Source: Chiloscyllium plagiosum
Lineage: Eukaryota
DNA: 36,267 bases
Assembly (NCBI RefSeq): GCF_004010195.1
Contig: NC_057754.1
Span: 6,436,197 to 6,472,463 of the forward strand
Direction of reading: 5' to 3'
In this document: in pieces, positions 1 through 11,471 of the stretch
Position numbering within the stretch: position 1 is the first letter of the stretch
Layout: every line of letters begins with the position of its first letter
The notes under the pieces: model-generated
What the model was told of the DNA's origin: nothing
The model's input: the letters and a program-made list of their open reading frames with translations, nothing else
Databases searched by the model: none
Position numbers and translations under genes: made by a program

Positions 1-130
1 TCCACCCTAACCTGCACATCCCTGGGCACTACGGGGACAATTTAGCACGGCCAATCCACCCTAACCTGCACATTCCTGGGCACTATGGGACAATTTAGCA
101 CGGCCAATCCACCCTAACCTGCACATCCTT
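1..130. repeat. About 53-54 bp tandem repeat, roughly 2.4 copies
   Basis: TCCACCCTAACCTGCACAT starts at 1, 55 and 108. Confidence 0.9.
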
Positions 131-296
131 TGGACTGTGGGAGGAAACCGGAGCACCCAGAGGGAGCCCCACGCAGACACGGTGGGGGGGAGAATGTGCA
201 AACTCCACACAGACAGCCGCCCGAGGGTGGGTTCAAACCCAGGTTCCCCCGGTGCCATGAGGAAGCAGTGCTAAGCCACTTATCCACCGTGCTGCC
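1..296 (-). mobile_element. HE1-like tRNA-derived V-SINE (partial) with internal tandem duplication
   Basis: Minus strand reads GGCAGCACGGTGGATAAGTGGCTTAGCAC...GGGTTTGAACCC (A/B-box-like head), then the V-domain GTGTGGAGTTTGCACATTCTCCCC...TCCGGTTTCCTCCCACAGTCCAAAG. Same family as 25879-26172. Confidence 0.85.
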
Positions 297-1074
297 TCAT
301 GTTCCAACCTGCTCCGGGAGTGTGTAATAACCTGCCTGATTGGCGATGTCTATAGCTGAGGACTGAGACACAAGGCAGGAAGACCTTAATAATGTTTTGC
401 AGGATAGGCGCACAAATGGCAAATCAATACAAGGTGCGCAAAGAGTAATGAGTTCCACCAGCCCTTGGAGCGTGAGGCTAAATCAGATGCTACATCAGGA
501 GGATGTGGAGGTGCAGATACATAAATCATTGTAAATTGCAATTGGTTAATAAGATCCTAAAAACAGACAGAGCTGGTTTTAATTTCTATAGGGACACAAT
601 TGAAAAACAAAGTACGTTCAATTTGTAAGAAACCTTAGTTAGAGCATTGTTGAAAGTTCCTTCGGCGTTGTGGGCCCAGCATTTGTAGCCCGTCCCTAGT
701 TGCCCCTTGGAAGGTGGTGGTGAGCTGCCTTCTTGAACCTGGGTGCTGTAGACACGAGGGACGCAGCCCCAGGACCCGGTGACAGTGAGAGGGAACGGCT
801 GTTAGGCCGGTGGAAGGGGATTCCTCGCACTGCCCCTGCTGCATGGGCTGCTCCCCTGCCCACTAGTGGGTGGACAGTGGTCACCGAGCGACCACACACA
901 CACACCCAACTCGCACCCCGACAAACCCGTTCAGATCTGCTCCTGACCCGGCCCCTCCCCATCCCCCGTAAAAGCTGTGGCAAGGCCAGTACAAAGCAAG
1001 CTGGCGCTGTCTGAACCAGGTGCCTTCCCAGAGCAAGCAGGGTGTGTGAATGATAAAAGATAGACTGAGAATCT

Positions 1075-1697
1075 GGAACGTAGAACATAGTATATAGAAT
1101 ATAGAACATGCAGCATAGAAAATGGAACGTTGAACATAGAACAGGGAACAGTACAGCACAGGAATGGGCCTTTTTCGCCCTTAATGGCGTGCCGAACATT
1201 ATGCCAAATTAAACCCATCCCTTCTGCCTTGGTCCATATCCCCCCATCCCTTGCGTATTCATGCGCTTATCTAAAAGTCTTTAAACGCCCCTATCGTATC
1301 TGCCTCACCACCACCTTTAGTTTTAGACATTTAAACTCTGGGAAAAAGATTCTGACCATCAGCCCTGTCTGCGTATCTCACAATTTTACAGCCTTCTATC
1401 AAGTCTCCCCTCCGCCTCCAGAGAAGACGACCTGAGTTTTTCCAGCCTCTCCCTGTAGCTTATACCCTCTAATCCAGGCAGCATCCTGGGAAGCCTCTTC
1501 TGCACTTCTCTCCAAAGCCCCCACAACCTTCCTGTAATCGGGCGACCAGATTGGAATACAATACTTTACTTGTGGCCTGACCAAAGTCTTATACAGCTGC
1601 AACATGACATCCTGACTCTCCCATTCAATTCCCCGACCAATCAAGGCAAGCCTGCCACACGCCTTCTTCATCGCCCTGGCTACTTGCGAGGCCACTT
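1075..1697 (-). mobile_element. CR1/HER1 LINE 3' fragment
   Basis: ORF 1399-1695 has the CR1 ORF2 C-terminal motif LQLYKTLVRPQVKYC..WSP. An (ATAGAAC)n-like tail lies at 1075-1150. Confidence 0.85.
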
Positions 1698-1790
1698 TCT
1701 GTTCTCCTTTCTCTCAGACTGAAACACAAATCTCCAAACTCATATTGACGTGTCACCCAGAGATGTGGAACTTACCATCACAAGAAAGGG

Positions 1791-1946
1791 CTGAAAATGG
1801 CATCCAAGGAGCAGGATTCCTGAAGAAGGGCTCATGCCCGAAACGTCGATTCTCCTGCTCCTTGGATGCTGCCTGACCTGCTGCGCTTTTCCAGCAACAC
1901 ATTTTCAGCTCTGATCTCCAGCATCTGCAGTCCTCACTTTCTCCTG
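1791..1946 (+). mobile_element. Short Penelope-derived element with hammerhead core, inverted 5' segment and 13-bp TSD
   Basis: Direct repeat TCACAAGAAAGGG at 1778-1790 and 1947-1959. Core CTGAAGA-A-GGGC-TCAT-GCCC-GAAAC-GTC at 1820-1847. Confidence 0.8.
1814..1853 (+). ncRNA. Minimal type I hammerhead ribozyme motif (putative)
   Basis: CUGANGA box, 4-bp stem II, GAAA box, palindromic ACGU in place of stem III, GUC cleavage triplet. Confidence 0.65.
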
Positions 1947-1984
1947 TCACAAGAAAGGGTCAGGATGCGAATCAGTGATTTTTA

Positions 1985-2700
1985 TTTGGTTTGATGTGAT
2001 TTATTATTGTCACGTGTCCCGAGATACAGTGAAAAGCATTGTTCTGTGTGCAAATCCTACTTTACATAAGTACATCAGGGTGATGGAACAGAATGCAGAA
2101 TATAGTGTCCTAGCTACAGAGAAGGTGCAAGTGCAGATCAACTCCAGTATATGAGAGGGTCGTTCATGACAGCAGGGAATAAGCTGTTCTTGAATCTGAT
2201 TGTACGTGTTTTCAAACTCCTGTATCTTCTGCTCGATGGAAGAGGGTGGGAGGGGTCTTTGATGACGCTGCATAGAAAGCGGGTGCAGGGTAGTCCATTC
2301 GGCCCTTCGGATCCGCACCACCGCTCACAGCTGACCGTGCCATCTCAGTATCCCATTCCCGCCCTCTCTCCCGGTACCCCTTGACCCCTTTAGCTGCAAG
2401 ACCCACGTCCAGCTCCCTACTTGAATGCATCTAACGAACCGGCCCCAACAGCTTCCGGCGGGAGAGAATTCCACAGGCTCCCTACCCTCTGAGGGAAGAA
2501 ATTCTTCCTCATCTCTGTCCGGACTGGCTCGCCCCTTATTCTTAGACTGTGACCCACCCCCACTAGCTCTGGCTGACTTCCCGAGGCAGTGGGAAGTGTA
2601 GATGAAGGCGAAGGGAGGGAGAGAAGGCTGGTTTGCATGGCGGACTGGACTGCGTTCTCAAGTCTCTGTAATTTCTTTGCGGTCTTTGTGGGGTGGGGGG
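1985..2700 (-). mobile_element. Decayed Rex1/Babar-like LINE 3' region interrupted by a CR1 3' fragment (about 2270-2570)
   Basis: ORF 2417-2713 fuses KKLQRLENAVQSAMQTSL (Rex1-like C-terminus) to the CR1-like GHSLRIRG..RKNFFPQRVGSLWNSLP. Confidence 0.55.
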
Positions 2701-3624
2701 GGAATGGGCACACCCCTTTGCCAAGCTGAACAGGATGTCTTCCTTAAAAACCGCTAGGAATACACCTGAAGGGGAGACCAGGTGAGCAGATGAGGTAAAA
2801 AGGGGAGATAGATTTCGCAGATATTAAAAGGGTTGGATGGGGAGCCATGGTTACGAGAGGAGACTGAATACGCCACACAGTCTTATTTCTTTAATCCATG
2901 CGACGTTGTGAATGGAAAGTAGCCTCGCTGAGGTGAGCTGTTTTGGGTTTTAGTTGTGTGGGAGCACCCCAGGGTGGCTGAAATGGCACCCCCCCACCCC
3001 CCCTCATCCCCCCCCCCCCCGCCTGTTCAGGACAGTAATTTGTTTCAAAGATTAAAAAATAAAGGCAGGCTTCAGTGTTCACACCAACTCTCCTGAAGAT
3101 CACCTCGGGTCTGACTGGAGGAGATAAGGCCAGCTCAAAAGCCATTAGAGGTCTGATGAAGTGCCGATTGCCGCGTATCGCGTTGCACGCTTGTGTGTAA
3201 GTCAGATTTGAAACCGGACTGCAGATAACCGTGCCAACGCAGCGCGCCGCTCGCTGTTAATTTAACCTTCTCCTCAGGAGCTCTGCTGGCTTTCAATAAA
3301 TTCAGGTTAACCCTTTGCTGTGCGATTTGCAGCTGATCCTTTCCACCCTTGATTTGCTCCCTCTCCCGATTTCTGGGCGCAGATCCTGCTGGGCACCTGT
3401 TCGGATCTTGTTTCCGGAACCCCCACCGACTGTGGTAGTAGAGATGACCAGGAGTGCCGAATGTCCTTAGTTTCACAAGCTCGGTTGACGTCCTGTGGTT
3501 CTGATGCTTTTTGAGCGTGATGGGATCCTTCAGGGTGTGTGAAAATATCTTTGTTCTCCTGGGGTCTGCAGTTCTTGGAGTAAGGGGTGGTGCTTACCTG
3601 CAACGCCGGGGGGGGGAGAGGCGT

Positions 3625-3815
3625 AGGGCATGGCCAATCCACCATGTGGACAATTTAGCACGGCCAATCCACCCTACTCTGCACATCTTTGGACTGTGGA
3701 AGGAAACCCCACGCAGACAGGGGGAGAAGATCCGAACTCTACACAGCCAATCCCCAAGTGGGGAACTGAACGCGGGTCCCTGACGCTCTGCGAACCACTG
3801 AGCCACCATGCCACC
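3625..3815 (-). mobile_element. HE1-like V-SINE, degraded
   Basis: GGTGGCATGGTGGCTCAGTGGTT head and V-domain on the minus strand. Confidence 0.8.
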
Positions 3816-3879
3816 CTTCAGCTGTAGGTTCAAGTCTCTGAAGCCTTTCAGAACCCAACTCCTTCATCAACCATAGTAG

Positions 3880-3966
3880 ACAAACAGGATGTCGGGAGAA
3901 CACAGCAAGCCAGATAGCATCAGGATTTGGAGAAATCAACGTTTCGGGTAAAGCCCCTCTTCAGGA
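3880..3966 (-). mobile_element. Penelope-derived repeat fragment with hammerhead core
   Basis: Minus strand CTGAAGA-GGGGCTTTACCC-GAAAC-GTT-GATTTCTCC (3964-3930). Confidence 0.6.
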
Positions 3967-4034
3967 CCAGCCCATAAACCACAACCTTAATCTTAGTTTT
4001 GAAATTCAGGTCCTCAAATACTTGCCTTCATTAC

Positions 4035-4735
4035 TCAGACCTTTGAGTATAGAAGTTGCGACGCCATGGTGGGGTTGTACAGGACATTGGTGAGGCCTCG
4101 TCTGGATCACTGTGTCCAGTTCTAGCCGCCCTGTTACAGGAAAGATGTTATTAAACTGGAGAGGGGTCAGAAGTGATTTACCAGGATATTATCAGGTATG
4201 GAGGGTCTGGGTTATAAGGAGAGGCCGGATAGGCCAGGACATTTTTTCACTGGAGTGTAGGAGGTTGAGAGGGTGACCTTATAGAGGTTTATAAAATCAT
4301 GAGGGTCATGGATAGGATAAATAGGCAAAGGGTTTTTCCCCAGGATAGGGGAGCTCAAAACCAGAAGGCATGGGTTTAAGGTGAGAGGGGAAAGATTTAA
4401 AAGCAATCTCAGAGGCATATGTTTTACACAGAGGGTGGTGCATGTGTGGCATGAACTTCCTGAGGAAATGGTGAATTGTGGGTACAGTTACAACATTTAA
4501 AAGGCATTTGGATAAGGACATGAACAGGAAAGGGTTTGGAGGGACATGGGCCAGGAGCAGGCAGGTGGGTCTAGTTTAGTTTGGGGATTATGGTCGGCAC
4601 GGACTGGTTGGGCCGAAGGGCCTGTTTCTGATGATGGGCTTATGCCTGAAACGTCGACTCTCCTGCTCCTCGGATGACCTGCTGTGCTTTTCCAGCCACA
4701 CTTTTGGACTGAAGAGTCTGTTTCTGTGCTCCATC
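4035..4735 (+). mobile_element. CR1/HER1 LINE 3' end with a Penelope-derived insert at about 4626-4704
   Basis: Translates to LYRTLVRPRLDHCVQF.. and FTQRVVHVWHELP. Typical 3' UTR GGGCCGAAGGGCCTGTTTC. Insert has CTGATGA-T-GGGC-TTAT-GCCT-GAAACGTC at 4628-4655. Confidence 0.85.
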
Positions 4736-5068
4736 ACTCTGCAAGTAATCTTTTCTGTGCAGTCCAGAGTCAGCGAAGAATTAAGGTGACGAACAACTTG
4801 TGTTGTCAGTGAGGCCCCGGCGTTGCTGATGCTGTGTGCGCTGAAAACTAGGTATATGTAAAACCCCAGGGCCCTACTCTTTACAAACAGAGAGAATGTA
4901 TTTTTGCCATACGCTCTTTTTGGACTCAACTATTCCCCCGTTCCACTCCCTGCCCCAATCAGTGTCCAGCCCCCTCGTGTAAAATTGAAACAAAGACGGC
5001 AGTTAACTGTCAATCCGCATTGTTGGGTGCATCCAATCAGATTCCGCCAGGCAGCCCCGCCCTCTCGT

Positions 5069-5313
5069 CTACAAGAGCAGATTAGAGGTTAGGGATCCTG
5101 TAGTGTGCAACTCACCTCCTGACTCCTCCAAAGCCTGTCCCACCATCGACAAAGCACAAGTCAGGAGGGTGAGGGTACACTCCCCACTAGCCCCTGGATG
5201 GCGTGGCATGGGGGGGCAGCTCCAACAACACTCAAGAAGCTCCACACCATCCAGGGACAAAGCAGCCACTGCTTGATTGGCCCCACAGCCACAAACACCC
5301 ACTGCCTCCACAC
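5069..5313 (+). mobile_element. Non-LTR retrotransposon ORF2 C-terminal fragment, frameshifted
   Basis: Remnant motifs TIDKAQVR..YSPL..AAPTTLKKLHTIQ. Runs into a gap. Confidence 0.65.
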
Positions 5314-5813
5314 NNNNNNNNNNNNNNNNNNNNNNNNNNNNNNNNNNNNNNNNNNNNNNNNNNNNNNNNNNNNNNNNNNNNNNNNNNNNNNNNNNNNNNN
5401 NNNNNNNNNNNNNNNNNNNNNNNNNNNNNNNNNNNNNNNNNNNNNNNNNNNNNNNNNNNNNNNNNNNNNNNNNNNNNNNNNNNNNNNNNNNNNNNNNNNN
5501 NNNNNNNNNNNNNNNNNNNNNNNNNNNNNNNNNNNNNNNNNNNNNNNNNNNNNNNNNNNNNNNNNNNNNNNNNNNNNNNNNNNNNNNNNNNNNNNNNNNN
5601 NNNNNNNNNNNNNNNNNNNNNNNNNNNNNNNNNNNNNNNNNNNNNNNNNNNNNNNNNNNNNNNNNNNNNNNNNNNNNNNNNNNNNNNNNNNNNNNNNNNN
5701 NNNNNNNNNNNNNNNNNNNNNNNNNNNNNNNNNNNNNNNNNNNNNNNNNNNNNNNNNNNNNNNNNNNNNNNNNNNNNNNNNNNNNNNNNNNNNNNNNNNN
5801 NNNNNNNNNNNNN

Positions 5814-5966
5814 TCTCTCAACTATTGAGGAAAGCTGTTACAATTGTTTCATTCATAAAAACATGGGGGAGGTCCGGCAACAGTTTCGAGTGTCTGCTTG
5901 TGTTTACTATAAGGTAGAAAAGACTAAAATGCAGCTAACCATTTAAAAATTACACTAACCCCTACA
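5814..5966 (-). repeat. 3' LTR (U3 part only; remainder in gap)
   Basis: Matches 14540-14689 with 4 substitutions and 2 indels by my alignment. Starts TGTAGGGG on the minus strand right after the PPT. Confidence 0.95.
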
Positions 5967-5968
5967 AA

Positions 5969-5986
5969 TCCCCCGCGTCTTTTCTT
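5969..5986 (-). other. Polypurine tract
   Basis: AAGAAAAGACGCGGGGGA, then TT, then the LTR-opening TG. Confidence 0.9.
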
Positions 5987-6000
5987 ACGGCCTGTAATTT

Positions 6001-7923
6001 TTAAACCGTAAGTTTCTTCTCCAGGGCGTTTAATAACTCCCGAGCTTGTTCATCAAACTGCCCGTCTCTAATACTACCCCCGCCCAAGAGGGATTCACGT
6101 TGTTCCATCTCGAGATTCATTCGTTCAACCTGCCCATAGGGAACATCCCTCTTAGTAAGGGCGGTTTCGATCAGTCGTTGAGTTAATCCCCGGACGCAGG
6201 GAATAACGCAACACCCAAAGGCAGTGAGTACCCCTGCCACCACTATACATGAGACAAGAAAGGGAACGACCACCCCCGTCCATTTACCGAACCAAGCTTC
6301 CAACCAGTCCGTGAGGCCAGAGTCGATGCCCGAGTTTTCAGCCAGTTCGTCCGCCAATGTGGTGAGTCCATCCAGGGCGCGGGTGATGGACCCATCAGGG
6401 GCTGTGTTGTTGGGGATGAAAGTGCAGCACTGAGTGCCTATCATGACACAAACACCCCCCTTCTCTGCCAACATCATGTCTAAGGCCAACCTATTTTCCC
6501 ACGCCATCCTACTAGTGGCGTCCAGTTGTTCTGGTATTCCTTTCACTGCATCCCGGGTATAATTAATGAATCTCTGCTGATTGTAGTAAATATAATTAAT
6601 CCAATCCACGTTCTTATTGATGGTCACCCACCAGAATAGTGACGACTTAAAACCCGCCGCTATCTGGTTCCTAGCCTTGTATTCGTCAGGAACACCCCTG
6701 GGGACCCCTATGGCATCTAAACATATGTTATCATCGAAAGAGGTCTCCAAAGCTCTCTCAGTTCTTCCACTGGAACGGGGTTGCTCTTGTTGTTCGAATG
6801 CCAGGGTGAATGGGATGGCCAATTGAACGATTGCACAAGTGCCCGTCCATTTTCGGGGCAGGGTCGGTCGCAGAACCCTCCCACCACAGTACCACCAGAG
6901 GTCTGCCCTAGGCACATGAATGTGGGAGTAATTCCCGCCCCCGGTAGCTTCATTGACCAGCCGAATTGATCCGCTGCACTTGTCAAATGTCCGCACATCG
7001 TTGTCCCACTGTAGTCCCGTCCGAGAGACGCAGGCCTGGTGCGTACCCGTTACCCCTGAGAATGATGGCGGGCGGGGCGCCCCCTCAGACCTGGCGGGGG
7101 GAAACTTCAAACTCAAGTGTCGACAAGTGGAGTCGTTCCAGGCCTCTCGATCCTGGTACAGCCTTATCATGCAGTCCAAGGCTCGTGGGTGTTTCTCCCA
7201 TCCCAGCGGGAATGGGACCACCTGAGGGTTCGGGCGGGCACTCGTGCATGCGTAGCAATCTCTCTTTTTCATGCTCCTCACAGTATATTTGACCCATTCC
7301 ATTCAGGCATTCGCCTCCCCGTATCCCGTTTCTATTTCAAAGGTCTTTTCCAAATCCGTCACCTCAATTATTCTAATATTTTCCTGTTCATCGGTGGCGG
7401 ATGAGCCCCCAGACTCAGCTTCAATGATCGTGATATGCGTGCAGCACAGCTGCAACCCCTCCCGTCCTGCCTGGCCCCCAACCCTAATACCCAGTATTAA
7501 GGCTCGCCCCGTTGTTTCCCAAGTTCTTTACGGTCAGATAGAGCGGATTGCACTGGTTCTGCCCACAATCCCGTCCAGGGGTGATGGGATTATGGACAAC
7601 TGACACCATAGCCTGGACCCCTGGGCTGGAGGCCTATTTATCCCTTCCCTACCATGCAATTGTAATACTAACGTCTGACCTGGAATCCCCTTTCTCTCTC
7701 TAGGTTCTGCTTAGTTTGATTCAGTTCTCCTTTAGTCCCACAGGGCACCAACCCACATAGGTCTAAGCTAAATGTCTGTGTTGGCTTGTTGGCAGGCACG
7801 GAGATGGAGAACCACTGACGGTCCTCTGCTTGTTTTTTTCCGGAGGCCAAATTGGGTAACACGCACACTATGACCCAGCCCAAGGATAATGGCATAGCAA
7901 GTTAACAATACGATTGACCGCAT
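6001..7923 (-). pseudogene. env: env (gamma-type); disrupted in the N-terminal SU, open for 433 codons at 6001-7302
   Basis: Signal peptide MRSIVLLTCYAIILGLG at 7923. CXXC (CYAC), degenerate furin site RTER, ISD-like ENRLALDMMLAEKGGVC, CX6CC (CVMIGTQCC) and a hydrophobic TM helix. TGA at 7303-7305 in ..GYGEANA*MEW, with frameshifts upstream. Confidence 0.93.
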
Positions 7924-7991
7924 TTTGTCGCGACACCTGTAGCCAGAGGGCACAGTTCCTTTAGACTCGCCAAAGTCCGATCAGTTTGTTC

Positions 7992-10900
7992 TCAGGGTCT
8001 CTGTTCCTTAGATGCCTTTGTCAGAGAGGTTCGTTCGTCCTCCGTCGGTTGTGGCACTGGTCCCTTGACTCGAGTGTAATGTGTCCAGCCCTATTCGGCC
8101 GTACGGACAGCCGTTTCGGTAGTCAAAAGTACCAGGAAGGGACCGTCCCAAGTTGGTTCGAGGGTACGTTGCTTCCAGCTTTTAATCAGGACCCACTGAC
8201 CCGGCTTGACGGTGTGCAACGCAAACTCGAGGGGCGGCGTCTGTGCCAAAAGTCCCTGTTGGCGTAAACGAGATAGAGCAGACCCCAGAGCCACCACATA
8301 TTTTTGCACAAACATATCTCGAGACTCGAATACAGGAGGTTCCCCCTTCGGCCCATGGAACGGGAGGCCAAACAGCATTTCGAAAGGGGAGACGCCCAAA
8401 TCCCGCCTTGGCTGGGTGCGAATTTGCAATAGGGCAAGGGGTTGGCATTTGGTCCAAGGCAGGCCGATTTCACTAGTGAGTTTGGTTAGTTGCTTTGTGA
8501 TGGTCTGGTTCATTCTTTCGACCTTGCCAGGGAGTGTGCAAAGCCCAGTCAATCCCCATTGCTTGCACTACATTCTGGAGGACGGTCGAGGTGATGTGGC
8601 TCCCCTGGTCAGAGTCAATAGCGCGGAGTAGCCCAAATCGTGGGATGATTTGTTCGAGTAGAATTTTGCTAACCTGAATTGCCGTTGCCGTGGCAGTGGG
8701 GAAAGCTTCCACCCAGGTGATCTACTACTACTAATAGATACTTCAGGCGACCTGTGGGGGGGAGCTCAGTGTAATCTACCTGGACATACTCAAACGGCCT
8801 ATAGGCCGGACCCCTATCCCCTTGTGTTGCATGCTGCCGCAGCCCACTTTTGTTAATCTATCGACATGTTATGCAATCTCCTGTGACCTGCTTGGCTACC
8901 GTGTACAGACCAGGGTGAGCATATCGGCGCAGGAAGGCATCACACAGTGCCTGGGCGCCCCAGTGACCCCCTTGGTGTAGACGGGCAATAATATCCCGCG
9001 TCAACGGTCGATTTAGTAGCTGGCGGCCATCGGGTAAGGTCCACTTCCCTTCCCTATCCTTTCTACCCCCCAGAGACGCAAGAAGAGTTTCTTCTTTGTC
9101 GGTAAACGTGGGGACTTCGGTAATTTCGGATATCTGGGGAATCCTTACCAGGCAGTTTATTACTTCCTTCCCCATCCCGGCCAATTTTGCCTGTTCATCT
9201 GCCAATTGGTTCCCCAGGGTCTCTATTTTATCGTCTTTCTGGTGCCCTTTCATATGTACTACAGCAATCTCTTGTGGCAGCAACAAATCTTCCAAGATCA
9301 TGGCTACTAGTTCCTCGTGCACCAACTTCTTTCCTCTGCTATTTATCATTCGCCTTTCCTTCCAGATCTTCCCAAAGGTGTGTACTACCCCAAAAGGCAT
9401 ACTTAGAGTCAGTGTAGATTGTCCCGGCTATTCCCTTTAAATTCCTCAAAGCCCGGTGCAAGGCGTACAATTCGCACGTTTGTGCGGACCAGGCATTCGG
9501 TAGCCGTCCACTTTCCACTAATTCCCAACCAGTCTCACTAATGACTGCATAACCGTTGTGTCTCTTCCCATCTATCACTCGAGAGGACCCGTCAATGCAC
9601 CACCGCCTTCCTGCATGTAAGGGGGTATCCCTCAGATCTTCCCTCACTTTACTCTGGTACTCTATTATGTCTGAACAGCAGTGTTCCAGTTCCTCCTCCC
9701 CTTCCCCTTTCCAAAGAATGTCCGCCGGGTTCTGGCAGCCCCCGACTTCTATTCGGAGGTCTTCTCGGTCTAACAATATGGCTTCATATTTCAGAATTCT
9801 CGAGTCAGTCAGCCACCTCCCAGCCTTCTGATTCAGGATAGTTCTAATCTGGTGGGGAGCAGTGACTGTCAAGGGGGCCTCGAAAGTCAACTTCCTGCTT
9901 TCCTCTACCAGCTTTGCCGTGGCTGCCACCACTTGGACACACTCCGGCCACCCTCGGGAGACTGGATCCAGAATTTTTGACCGGAAAGCCACGGGCTTCC
10001 TTTTTCCCCCCAATCCTGGGTCAATACTCCAAGAGCGGTTCCCTTTCTGGAGATCACAAAGAGACGAAATGTCTTACTAAAATCCGACAAGCTTAAAATA
10101 GGTGCGGTCATCAATTTTTCTTTTAGGATTCCAATTAATTGTTTCTCCTCCTCCTCCCATTTTATTCTGTTGGGTGCCTCCTCAATGAGTTTTAGGTACA
10201 AGTCTTTAGAAAGGGGGGCACAGTCGTCTATCCATAACCGACAATAGCCTAAGAGTCCCAAGAACTTCCGCAACTCCCTCTTGGTCGTTGGGAGGCCTAG
10301 TTCGATTATTGCCCGCACTCATTCCGGACTTATTCGTTTCTGTCCCTGGCTTATCAAGTGTCCCAGGTACTTAACCTCTTTCTCGACATATTGGAGCTTC
10401 TTCTGACTAACTCTTAACCCCTTCTCAGCTAGGTAATTTAACAGGGCATTAGTCCCAAGTAGGACGTCCTCCTCCGCGGGTCCGGATAAAAGGACATCGT
10501 CCATGTATTATATAAGCTTAAGGGCTGGGGACAAGGTTAGTCCCTCCAATAATTGTTCCAGAATCTGCCCGAACAGAGTCGGGGACTCAGTGACTCCTTG
10601 GGGGAGCACGGTCCACCTGTACTGCTGTTTTCTGCCAGTATCAGGATCCTCCCATACAAAAGCAAAAAGATCCCTACTGTCCTTGTCCAGGGGACACGCC
10701 CAGAAGGCATCCTTTAAGTCTATAACACTAAACCAGCCGTTGTCCGGAGGTATTCGCCCCAGAATAGTGTATGGGTTCGGTACCACAGGGTGCCGTACTT
10801 GGACAATTTTATTTACTTCCCTTAGGTCTTGGACCATTCGGTAGCTCCCGTCCGACCTCCGGACCAGCAGGATGGGGGAATTGTATCGTGACATACAGGG

Positions 10901-11471
10901 TTCTACCAATCCATCTTTTATTAGGTCTTCCATAACTGTCTTCAGACCCTGCCTCCCTTCCCAAGAGATGGCGTATTGGCGCACTCTGACGTCGGGGCTC
11001 TGGGGCTTTAATTGTACCTCCACAGGTCGAATTGCGAGTCCCCCCCCGGTTCCCTTTGGCGACCCAAACCCTAGGGTCTATCTCTGTCAATCGGGACTCA
11101 CTAAGGTATGACATGGTAACGGCTAATTCATCCTCTTCTCCCACTTCTATTCGTAATCCGAAACGGACTATCAAATCCCGTCCCAACAACCCATAGGGAA
11201 GATGGGGGAGGTGAAGGAGTTCCACCTGGAGCTCCTCCTCCTCCAGCCGCAAGGGTTGTGGTTCGAATATTTTCGCACTAAAAACCCCACCCTTAACTCC
11301 TGAAATGTTTAATGTTTTAGCCTGGAAGCCAACCCCCCTAGGATGGAGGGGGATTGAGGACCAGCCGGCGCCTGTGTCAACTAAGAAGATAACATCTTGT
11401 CTAAATGGGCCCACCCGTAAATTTACCAGGGGTTCTTGGTAGGCCCGTGTTCCGATCCTCCCCTGACTTCC
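7992..11471 (-). pseudogene. pol: pro-pol (PR, RT, RNase H, IN) with several stops and frameshifts
   Basis: PR FLVDTGA and LLGRD. RT IDLKDAF, LPQG, YMDD (preceded by TAA at 10508-10510). RNase H IDGSS, SAQTCEL, YTDSKYAF. IN HHCC (HQGGH..CITC), DSDQG, GKVERMN, WDGPF. Confidence 0.97.

Noticed and set aside
3150..3220. CTGATGA...GAAAC as a sixth hammerhead or C/D snoRNA
   Set aside because: No convincing stem II and no NUH triplet after GAAAC. No terminal stem or recognisable guide.
3135..3645. ORFs of 112-113 aa in non-repeat sequence as host exons
   Set aside because: No recognisable domain and no consistent splice-site pair.
5069..5946. Long ORFs spanning N runs (also 11436-12767, 11582-12700, 29659-30543)
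   Set aside because: Their length is an artefact of assembly gaps.
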